DNA from: Bacillota bacterium
GTDB lineage: Bacteria > Bacillota > Clostridia > Peptostreptococcales > Anaerovoracaceae
Direction: 5' to 3'
Assembly: GCA_017442785.1 (NCBI GenBank)
Contig: JAFRZB010000038.1
Span: forward strand, 79,416-143,415
Length of the DNA stretch: 64,000 nt
This document shows positions 28,710 through 35,524 of the stretch, piece after piece. The notes beneath the pieces were generated by a model. That model saw only the letters and a program-made list of their open reading frames with translations, ran no database searches and was not told the origin of the DNA. The translations under genes and the position numbers were made by a program. Each line of letters opens with the position of its first letter. Position 1 is the first letter of the stretch.

Positions 28710-29849
28710 ATGGCAGATAAAACAGTAAGACTTCACAACAAGAGCGATAAGCCGGACAATGTGGTGGAACGCGAGAACGACGTCCTGGACCGCTGCGAGG
28801 CCATAGAGGCCCAGCTGCCGAGCTGGCTGCGGGGCTTTTTCATGTACCTTAAAACAGGTGTGCTTCCCATGACAAGGCTCTCATATCTAAGCGACGTAAA
28901 GTTCTTCTTCAGCTATCTGATAAACGAGACAGAGCTTAAGGAGCGCTGCGATGATATCAGAAAGATACAGCCTGAGGACCTGGATAAAATAAAATCCGTG
29001 GACGTCAACATCTTCATCGACTACTGCAGAAGATACAAGAAAAAGGACAGCGAGGGCAACACCGTCGTATACGAGAACAGCAACAGCGCGCTCTCGCACA
29101 AGAAATCTTCCGTGTCCGTTCTTTTCAAATACCTCTACAGGGACGGCTTCGTAAGCACCAACATCACCGACGGTTTCGACCCCATAAGGATGCCCAAGGC
29201 CGGAGAGCGCGAGATCAAGGCCCTTCAGGACAACGAGGTAATGGTGATGCTTGACGCAGTTACGGAAGGCACGGGACTTACGCCTCACGAGCTGCATTAC
29301 TGGGAAAAGACCAGATACAGGGACAAGCTTATACTGCTGCTGCTTGTTACCTACGGTCTGAGACTTTCGGAGCTGCAGCAGCTGAACATTTCGTCCTTCA
29401 ACTTCGACAGAGGCGAGTTCAAGATATACAGAAAGCGCGGAAAAGAGTCCATAATGCCTATAAACAGGACCATAACCGACGCGTTCTCGGATTATGTTAA
29501 TAAGGAAAGGCCTTCGGAGGACCAGCTGGACGACGCCAACAAGGACGCGCTGCTGCTGTCCCTTCAGGGAGCAAGGCTTACCGACAGGCAGATAAGACAG
29601 ATAGTAAAGAAGTACACATCAATAAGCCTCGGTACAAGCCGGGAGATGGGCTACAGCCCGCATAAGCTTAGAGCCACCGCAGCAACGTCCCTCATTGCAA
29701 GGGGCAATTCCATCTACGACGTTCAGGAGCTCCTGGACCACGACAACGTTACCACTACGCAGCTCTACGCTGCTCACAAGCTCAATACAAAGCGCGAGCT
29801 CATTAAAAACTTCGAATGGGGAGAGGATCTAAAAAAAGAAGATGAATGA
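28710..29849 (+). CDS. Tyrosine site-specific recombinase, Xer family (XerS/XerC-like)
   Basis: 379 aa with the full catalytic set: GLRLSE (Arg), KRGKES (Lys), HKLRAT (His-x-x-Arg), LLDHDN (His) and TQLYAA (Tyr). The N-terminal SAM-like core-binding domain is present (SWLRGFFMYL...LSYLSDVKFFFSYL). Confidence 0.88.
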   Translation: MADKTVRLHNKSDKPDNVVERENDVLDRCEAIEAQLPSWLRGFFMYLKTGVLPMTRLSYLSDVKFFFSYLINETELKERCDDIRKIQPEDLDKIKSVDVNIFIDYCRRYKKKDSEGNTVVYENSNSALSHKKSSVSVLFKYLYRDGFVSTNITDGFDPIRMPKAGEREIKALQDNEVMVMLDAVTEGTGLTPHELHYWEKTRYRDKLILLLLVTYGLRLSELQQLNISSFNFDRGEFKIYRKRGKESIMPINRTITDAFSDYVNKERPSEDQLDDANKDALLLSLQGARLTDRQIRQIVKKYTSISLGTSREMGYSPHKLRATAATSLIARGNSIYDVQELLDHDNVTTTQLYAAHKLNTKRELIKNFEWGEDLKKEDE

Positions 29850-31134
29850 CATTACAGTAAAAATATTATGTGAACAATTCCATATAGACAAGGATATCCT
29901 TGACATGGTAGAGACTGCCGAGGCTCAGCTTGCAGACGAGTTCAGGAAGACGGACGAGATCTGCGAATACAATCAGTACAGAGTCCTAAACGCCTTCCAG
30001 AAGAACAGGATCTCCGACATGCACTTCGGATGGACCACCGGCTACGGCTACGACGACCTCGGAAGAGCTGCCATCGAAAAGGTATACGCTTCTGTCTTCG
30101 GAGCCGAGGCTGCCATTGTCCGCACGCAGATAGTAAACGGCACACATGCTCTCGCGAGCGTCTATCTCGGGCTTTTAAGGGCCGGAGACGAGCTGATATA
30201 CTGCAGCGGAACACCTTATGACACCATGAAGACCGTTATAGGTCTTGATCCCGACAACCAGTCACCGGGAAACCTTAAGGAATACGGCATAATATACAAA
30301 CAGGTAGACCTTACGGATGATAATGAAGTTGATCTTGAAGCCGTAAAGGCCGCCATAGGCCCAAGGACAAAGATAGCCGCGCTGCAGAGGTCCACAGGCT
30401 ATTCCTTCAGAAAAGCCTTCTCCACAGACCGCATAAAGGCCTGGATTGACGCCTGCAAGTCCGTAAAGCCGGATATCATATGCATGGTGGACAACTGCTA
30501 CGGCGAATTCACCGATTATTACGACCCAATAGAGCTCGGAGCGGACATAATGGCAGGTTCTCTGATAAAGAACCCGGGCGGCGGGCTTGCACTCTCCGGC
30601 GGATACATTGCCGGCAGAAAAGATCTAATAGACAGGATCTACTACCGTGTGACATGCCCCGGGATAGGCGGAGAATGCGGCCTTACATTCGGCCAGACGA
30701 GGACGATGATGGAGGGTCTTTTCATAGCCCCCAGAGTTACCGCAGGCGCAGTAAAGGGCGCCAAGCTGTGTGCTAAGGTCTACGAGAACCTCGGATACGA
30801 GACTTGCCCGAAGTCCACGGACAAGAGGTCCGATATCATAGAGGCCGTTGTCCTGGGAAGCGCTGAAAAGGTGGAAGCCTTCTGCAAGGGCGTCCAGCAG
30901 GCCGCTCCCGTGGATTCCTTCGTTACACCTGAATACGGAGACATGGCCGGATATAAGGACAAGATAATAATGGCCGCCGGCGCCTTCGTACAGGGATCCT
31001 CAATAGAGCTCTCCGCGGACGGTCCAATGAGAGAGCCGTACATAGTTTATTTCCAGGGCGGGATAACCTACGAACACTCCAAATTCGGAGTCATAAAGAG
31101 CCTGCAGAGCCTCAGGAGCAGGGGACTTCTCTGA
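29842..31134 (+). CDS. YnbB/aluminium-resistance family PLP-dependent (Cys/Met-metabolism-like) protein
   Basis: 430 aa; N-terminal E..C..NQ.RVL.AF...RISD.HF..TTGYGYDD.GR and IVNGTHA are typical of the family. The start overlaps the recombinase stop by 8 nt. Confidence 0.85.
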   Translation: MNDITVKILCEQFHIDKDILDMVETAEAQLADEFRKTDEICEYNQYRVLNAFQKNRISDMHFGWTTGYGYDDLGRAAIEKVYASVFGAEAAIVRTQIVNGTHALASVYLGLLRAGDELIYCSGTPYDTMKTVIGLDPDNQSPGNLKEYGIIYKQVDLTDDNEVDLEAVKAAIGPRTKIAALQRSTGYSFRKAFSTDRIKAWIDACKSVKPDIICMVDNCYGEFTDYYDPIELGADIMAGSLIKNPGGGLALSGGYIAGRKDLIDRIYYRVTCPGIGGECGLTFGQTRTMMEGLFIAPRVTAGAVKGAKLCAKVYENLGYETCPKSTDKRSDIIEAVVLGSAEKVEAFCKGVQQAAPVDSFVTPEYGDMAGYKDKIIMAAGAFVQGSSIELSADGPMREPYIVYFQGGITYEHSKFGVIKSLQSLRSRGLL

Positions 31135-31174
31135 AGAGAAGGGGAGAACAACCGAATAAAAAAGATGCATTACA

Positions 31175-31206
31175 ACAGGCTGCCGGGGCAGACGGCGGCC
31201 TGTTTT
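31175..31206 (+). terminator. Rho-independent terminator after ynbB-like gene
   Basis: ACAGGCTGCCG (31175-31185) pairs with CGGCGGCCTGT (31193-31203), 11 bp including one G-U pair and a 7-nt loop, then TTT. Confidence 0.6.
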
Positions 31207-31272
31207 AGTGTGCAGAAATTTGTACATACAGTATGATATCATAACGACTGTAAGGATCAATAAAAGAAAACA

Positions 31273-31284
31273 GAACAAATGTTC
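31273..31284. promoter_or_regulatory. LexA (Cheo/SOS) box 1, GAACAAATGTTC
   Basis: Perfect GAAC-N4-GTTC palindrome 10 nt upstream of the -35. Identical to the recA box at 46976-46987. Confidence 0.75.
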
Positions 31285-31293
31285 AGATAGGTA

Positions 31294-31322
31294 TTGACAG
31301 ACAAACATTTGTTCTGTATAAT
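31294..31322 (+). promoter_or_regulatory. Consensus sigma-A promoter of the LysM (YneA-like) gene
   Basis: TTGACA (31294-31299), exactly 17 nt, TATAAT (31317-31322). Confidence 0.8.
31303..31314. promoter_or_regulatory. LexA-like box 2, AAACATTTGTTC (one mismatch)
   Basis: Lies inside the -35/-10 spacer. Matches GAAC-N4-GTTC at 11 of the 12 positions when the N4 is counted. Confidence 0.55.
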
Positions 31323-31328
31323 GTAGAC

Positions 31329-31340
31329 GAACAATTGTTC
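31329..31340. promoter_or_regulatory. LexA (Cheo/SOS) box 3, (C)GAACAATTGTTC(A)
   Basis: Perfect GAAC-N4-GTTC 7 nt downstream of the -10, so it overlaps the expected transcription start. Confidence 0.75.
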
Positions 31341-31352
31341 AGGAGGCGTAAT

Positions 31353-31643
31353 ATGAGACATTACAGAATAAAGAACAAATTCAGATTCATAACTTTCATG
31401 ATAATAGCCGTTCTGATTGCATCCATGTCCATCGGAGCGCTTTTCCCGGTAAGAGCTCTGGATAAGGCTCCCAAGTACACAGAGGTCAAGGTCAAGGACG
31501 GAGATACGCTCTGGTCACTGGCAAAGGCATACGGTGATCCGTCAAGAGACATCAGAGAGAGCATCTATGAGATCTGCAGGATAAACGACATCACTGCGGA
31601 GACCTTATACGCCGGTGCAGTCATCAGGATACCTAAGTATTAA
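31353..31643 (+). CDS. Small membrane-anchored LysM protein, YneA-like candidate SOS cell-division inhibitor
   Basis: The start was moved to ATG 31353 (AGGAGG 7 nt upstream). It is 96 aa: basic N-terminus, one TM (FITFMIIAVLIASMSIGALF), then a LysM domain (YTEVKVKDGDTLWSLAKAY...ICRINDI..ETLYAGAVIRIP). Confidence 0.8.
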   Translation: MRHYRIKNKFRFITFMIIAVLIASMSIGALFPVRALDKAPKYTEVKVKDGDTLWSLAKAYGDPSRDIRESIYEICRINDITAETLYAGAVIRIPKY

Positions 31644-31706
31644 TCGATATATCAAAATACCGTTTTTAGAACTTGAAACAGAAGGATATAAGTATCGACC
31701 GCATTT

Positions 31707-31736
31707 AAAAAAATCGCTCAAATCGGCGATTTTTTT
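31707..31736. terminator. Bidirectional rho-independent terminator
   Basis: AAAAAAATCGC (31707-31717) pairs with GCGATTTTTTT (31726-31736) around an 8-nt loop. The A-run and T-run allow termination in both directions. Confidence 0.65.
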
Positions 31737-31826
31737 AATGAATAAATAGTTGAAACTACATGAATATGACATAATTAGATTACGGTCACTCACGTAGAGC
31801 AAAAGGTCCCCCGGGGCGCTTTTTCG

Positions 31827-31870
31827 TATATAACTATTCCCAAAATTGATATTTTAGGAATAGTTATATA
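31827..31870. repeat. 44-bp near-perfect palindrome with dif-like 10-6-10 core (copy B)
   Basis: TATATAACTATTCCCAAAA-TTGATA-TTTTAGGAATAGTTATATA has 19-nt arms with a single C/T mismatch. The core ATTCCCAAAA/TTGATA/TTTTAGGAAT is at 31836-31861. It lies in the AT-rich gap where gene orientation switches from + to -. Confidence 0.6.
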
Positions 31871-31918
31871 TATCTTAATACTGCCCCCTATCTATGTATC
31901 TCTGTAAAAAAACTTGTG

Positions 31919-32248
31919 TCAGGAGCCTTGCTTTATTATTTCTTTTAAAACTATCCCGTACTCTTCCAGGTCCACTCTGTAGTTGACGACGTAAACGCCA
32001 TCAGCCAAAAGCCTGCGTCTTTGTTCGTCCTTGCCGCCGAAGCCGAATGCTGCCGCAAGGCGCCCGTCCGAATTTACCACTCTGTGGCAGTGAACATTTG
32101 TTTCATCTGGATTTCTGTGCAGAGCGTTGCCGACGGCTCTTGCGGCCCGCGGATGTCCGCAGAGCTCCGCTATCTGTCCGTATGTGGCCACCCTTCCCTC
32201 GGGGATCTTTTTTAACACCTCGTATACGTCTCTTTCGAACTCAGTCAT
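31919..32248 (-). CDS. MGMT-family protein (O6-alkylguanine-DNA alkyltransferase C-terminal domain only)
   Basis: 109 aa; IPEGRVATYGQIAELCGHPRAARAVGNALHRNP......HCHRVVNSDG. The helix-turn-helix and the active-site-like CHRV are present. Confidence 0.82.
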   Translation of the reverse strand: MTEFERDVYEVLKKIPEGRVATYGQIAELCGHPRAARAVGNALHRNPDETNVHCHRVVNSDGRLAAAFGFGGKDEQRRRLLADGVYVVNYRVDLEEYGIVLKEIIKQGS

Positions 32249-32924
32249 AAACGGGACCTTCTATAATGCTTCCTATATCCAAAAGCGGCTTTCCGGGCAC
32301 AGATCTTATCCCGAGTCCGCAGCTTGTTATCATTTTCCTTATGCTCTCATAGTCCGGATGAGCGCTTATGTCACCGTTGAACCAGATGTCATCGCCTATG
32401 CGTCCGCAGCAGCCTCCTATAAAGCCTCTGTCGTAGCCGGGCAGCTCTACATGGCCCGGTCTTATAAGAAGGACTTCGGGTACGTACAAGGGATCCGAAG
32501 CCCCGGCCGCCATAAGCGCCCGCGCTATGCCTTCATCCTCTGTGATGAAATGGCTGTCATCCACAGGTATAATATTGCATTTTGTGTATCCCTGCTTAAC
32601 ATCTATGATCATCAGATCAGGAAAGAGCTCTTCTGCCGCGCGGACAAGCTCCCTGCTTACAGTCTTTTTGCTGCATATCATGAACTTTTCGGTGACGACA
32701 GCGTTATACAGGACGTCGGCTGGATAAACAGGCCCCAGCAGGCTCTCATCTCCCTTGAAAACAGGCGTTTTCGGCGCTGTTCCGAGCTTGCACATGAATA
32801 TGTCCGGATGCATGGAAATACCTTGCGAAACGGCCCGTGAGGGGCTTAAAACGCGTATCTTAAAGCCCTCGGACGCAAGCGCGGACGTCAGTTCTTCATA
32901 TGCAAGCCCGGAGATGTATATCAT
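32241..32924 (-). CDS. Hypothetical protein (about 227 aa), conserved-looking, function unknown
   Basis: The protein-like translation starts MIYISGLAYEELTSALASEGFKIRVL. Notable motifs are MHPDIFMC, KQGYTKCN and GFIGGCCGRIGD. The start was moved to ATG 32924, 4 nt after the upstream stop. ATGACTGA overlap with the MGMT gene. Confidence 0.6.
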   Translation of the reverse strand: MIYISGLAYEELTSALASEGFKIRVLSPSRAVSQGISMHPDIFMCKLGTAPKTPVFKGDESLLGPVYPADVLYNAVVTEKFMICSKKTVSRELVRAAEELFPDLMIIDVKQGYTKCNIIPVDDSHFITEDEGIARALMAAGASDPLYVPEVLLIRPGHVELPGYDRGFIGGCCGRIGDDIWFNGDISAHPDYESIRKMITSCGLGIRSVPGKPLLDIGSIIEGPVYD

Positions 32925-32928
32925 TTCG

Positions 32929-34461
32929 TTATTTTGCCCCGTTCTTATCTGCAGCAATGGTCTCTGCAGCAATGTAGCCCCAGGTAAGCGCCCTTCCGTG
33001 GCTGTTTCCGAGTATCGTAGTTACATACTCATGTCCGTACAGACCGCCTGTGGTGTCGCCTACTGCAAACAATCCTGCCACAGGCTGCCTGTTCTTATCA
33101 AGAGCGCGCATGGAGCAGTCTATGGAGACTCCTCCTACTACCTCCAGCAGAGCGGTACCTATCTTTACCGCAATGAACGGCCCCTTTTCCAGCGGATAGA
33201 GCAGTTCTTTCCTCTTTCCGAACTGAGTATCTCTTCCTTCTTTGCAGAACTCATTGTACTGAGCGAAGGTCTTAAGGAAGCCTTCCTTATCGACTTCCAT
33301 CTTGTCCGCAAGCTCTTCTATAGTATCCGCCTTTACGGCATGTCCTTCATTAAGAGCTCTTTCGACAGAAACATAGCTGGATTCGATAGTCTTTGGATCT
33401 CCGTAGCGAAGTCCGGCGTTGCCCCAGAATATTCCTCCGCCGTATTTAAGGCTGTCCTGAACGTTTTCGGCGTAATCACCTGCCAGAATGCTGTAGCAGT
33501 AGCCGTCGGGCTGGCGCATTATTGAGGTTGCCCTTCCCTGAACGTAGGAGTCCTCGTTCATGAAGCGCTTTCCGTACTTGTTTACAAAGAGGAAGAAATA
33601 ATTGCACCAGGCATAGTGCTGCGGGTGCATCATCAGCGGGAATACCTCCTCGGCCATAGCCGCACCTGCCCAAAGAGCCATCTTGTGTCCGTCGCCGGTG
33701 TTGCAGCCCACCGGTATGTACTGGCTGGCGAGAGTCCTAAGAGCGTCGGGAGCATAAGCCCTGCACATCTCCTCGTCTCCGCCTATGTCTCCGGTAGCAA
33801 GGACGACTCCGTATTTTGCGTCTATCCTGATAATGCCGTTCTCACCCTTCGCATAGGCTCCGCAGACCCTGCCGGAAGCATCCTTAATAAGCTGCGTAAC
33901 AGGCGTCTTAAAGCGGCATTCGATGCCCATCTTCTGAGCGTAATTGTAGAGCGCCTTGGGCACATAGCTTCCCCTGATGTTCCCCTTGGGCGGGAAGGAA
34001 TGCGCACCGTAGAACTCCCTGTACGGGGCTATAGGATATATGCAGTCCACCAGCCTCGGAGCCAGTCCGTCCGCCACGGTTATCGGAAGGAGCCAGTCCA
34101 TGGCTTCCTTAGACCTTTTCAGGAAGGTCCAGAGAAGCTCCTGATCTATGTCGTTTCCGCTCATCACTATCCACTGGCGGGCTACCTCCTCAAGGTCGTT
34201 CTTAAGGCCGTATTCCACCATGAGAGATGAGTTCGGAACGCCGAAATGACCGCCTCTTCCGGAGTACGACCCGCTCTTTTCAAGCACCAGAGGCGTGACA
34301 CCAAGCTCTTTGAGCCTGCAGGCGGCGGAAAGGCCGCCCAGGCCAGCGCCTACAACAAGAGCCTCACATTCAAGAGTCTCGGCTACCTTGCTCTCATCCG
34401 GAGCATCAGGGACTATCTGAAAGCTCCACTTTGCCTTGTCCTTTTCCGCTGCTTCGTACAT
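32929..34461 (-). CDS. FAD-dependent oxidoreductase (fumarate reductase/3-ketosteroid dehydrogenase-like flavoprotein family)
   Basis: Dinucleotide fold ALVVGAGLGGLSAACRLKELG..P.VLEK and C-terminal GLFAVGDTTGG. The start was moved to ATG 34461, which has AGGAGG 8 nt upstream. Confidence 0.85.
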   Translation of the reverse strand: MYEAAEKDKAKWSFQIVPDAPDESKVAETLECEALVVGAGLGGLSAACRLKELGVTPLVLEKSGSYSGRGGHFGVPNSSLMVEYGLKNDLEEVARQWIVMSGNDIDQELLWTFLKRSKEAMDWLLPITVADGLAPRLVDCIYPIAPYREFYGAHSFPPKGNIRGSYVPKALYNYAQKMGIECRFKTPVTQLIKDASGRVCGAYAKGENGIIRIDAKYGVVLATGDIGGDEEMCRAYAPDALRTLASQYIPVGCNTGDGHKMALWAGAAMAEEVFPLMMHPQHYAWCNYFFLFVNKYGKRFMNEDSYVQGRATSIMRQPDGYCYSILAGDYAENVQDSLKYGGGIFWGNAGLRYGDPKTIESSYVSVERALNEGHAVKADTIEELADKMEVDKEGFLKTFAQYNEFCKEGRDTQFGKRKELLYPLEKGPFIAVKIGTALLEVVGGVSIDCSMRALDKNRQPVAGLFAVGDTTGGLYGHEYVTTILGNSHGRALTWGYIAAETIAADKNGAK

Positions 34462-34462
34462 C

Positions 34463-35509
34463 TCAAATACCTCCTGCCTCAACAGATACTTTCTGTTCCG
34501 GAATGTCCGGATCCTCTATATATTTTATCATAAGTTCCGGGAACCTTTCCCGGAAATACCTCTTGTTTTCTGCCTTGTGGCCTATGACAGCAGAGAACCT
34601 GTCCGGTCCGGCCTTTATGACAACTTCCGTCCTGAGTCCTGCCGCGGCTTTATCTATCTCTTTGAGCCTTTCCTCTATCTCCTCGCGGGCTATCCTGCCC
34701 TCAACGAGCTGCCTGAAAGCGGGGTGATACTCCCCCACTACGCTGCTGCCCTCGGCGTCGCTTATGAGCGCCGTGCTCTTAAGGCCTACCCTTATTACAT
34801 TTATCCCGGCCCCGGTCAGTATCCTGTACATGTCGGTGGTCGTACGGAGCATCTCCTCGTGGGAAAAAGGAACGAACTCGCCCGAGCGGTACATGCTGCA
34901 CAGCTCTGTGTCGGAGATTATGACAGTCGGATACAGCCTCGCTATCTCCGGGCCTATGGCAGCAGCCTCCTTTGCGGAGGCGATGCAGCTCTCGTAAGAG
35001 TCTCCCGGAAGGCCTATCATAAGCTGTATCCCGAGTGTAAAGCAGCCGTAGGACTTTATAAGTTCGCAGGCGTCGAAGATCTCCTTCCTTCCGTGGCCCC
35101 TTCCGGACAGCAGCAGCACCTTCTCATCGAAGGACTGCACGCCGAGCTCTATCACGTCCGCGCCGTAAGCCTTAAGGTTGTCAAGTATCTCCTCGTTTAT
35201 GTAATCCGGCCTTGTAGAAAGATGTATCTTGTCCACACGCCCGGCGTCCTTAAGCTCCTTTGCTACGGCAAGGAAAGCGCTCTGCTCCTCCAGAGGGATC
35301 CCGGTAAAGCTTCCTCCGAAGAAGGATATCTCTGTCTCGTCGAGCCCTCTGCCTTCGAGCGTGGAGAGGTACTGTTCGGCTATCCTTCTGACGTCTTCCG
35401 GTGTGACGTCAGCCGTTCTTGCGGTTATTGCCCTCTGGTTGCAGAAAACACAGTCGTGGGGACAGCCCTTGTGCGGTATGAAAATCGGTATTATAGCGTG
35501 TTTCTTCAT
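34463..35509 (-). CDS. ELP3-like radical SAM protein (no GNAT domain)
   Basis: 348 aa; IFIPHKGCPHDCVFCNQ (CxxxCxxC), FFGGSFT, and HLSTRPDYI...L..LK.YG...IELGVQS. Confidence 0.85.
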   Translation of the reverse strand: MKKHAIIPIFIPHKGCPHDCVFCNQRAITARTADVTPEDVRRIAEQYLSTLEGRGLDETEISFFGGSFTGIPLEEQSAFLAVAKELKDAGRVDKIHLSTRPDYINEEILDNLKAYGADVIELGVQSFDEKVLLLSGRGHGRKEIFDACELIKSYGCFTLGIQLMIGLPGDSYESCIASAKEAAAIGPEIARLYPTVIISDTELCSMYRSGEFVPFSHEEMLRTTTDMYRILTGAGINVIRVGLKSTALISDAEGSSVVGEYHPAFRQLVEGRIAREEIEERLKEIDKAAAGLRTEVVIKAGPDRFSAVIGHKAENKRYFRERFPELMIKYIEDPDIPEQKVSVEAGGI

Positions 35510-35524
35510 GATTTTACGGGGATG

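Noticed and set aside
28710-31643. The integrase-led segment read as a prophage remnant, ICE or IS element.
   Set aside because: There are no phage, conjugation, transposase or excisionase genes and no tRNA attachment site. The cargo is a core-type ynbB-like gene plus an SOS gene. A Xer/dif-type interpretation fits better, and it is reported as a finding with caveats.
31738-31826. Possible small ORFs or a small RNA between the two terminator-like hairpins downstream of the LysM gene.
   Set aside because: Only 3-4 codon ORFs are present (ATGAATAAATAG, ATGAATATGACATAA), there is no RBS, and no convincing promoter is visible. The evidence is insufficient.
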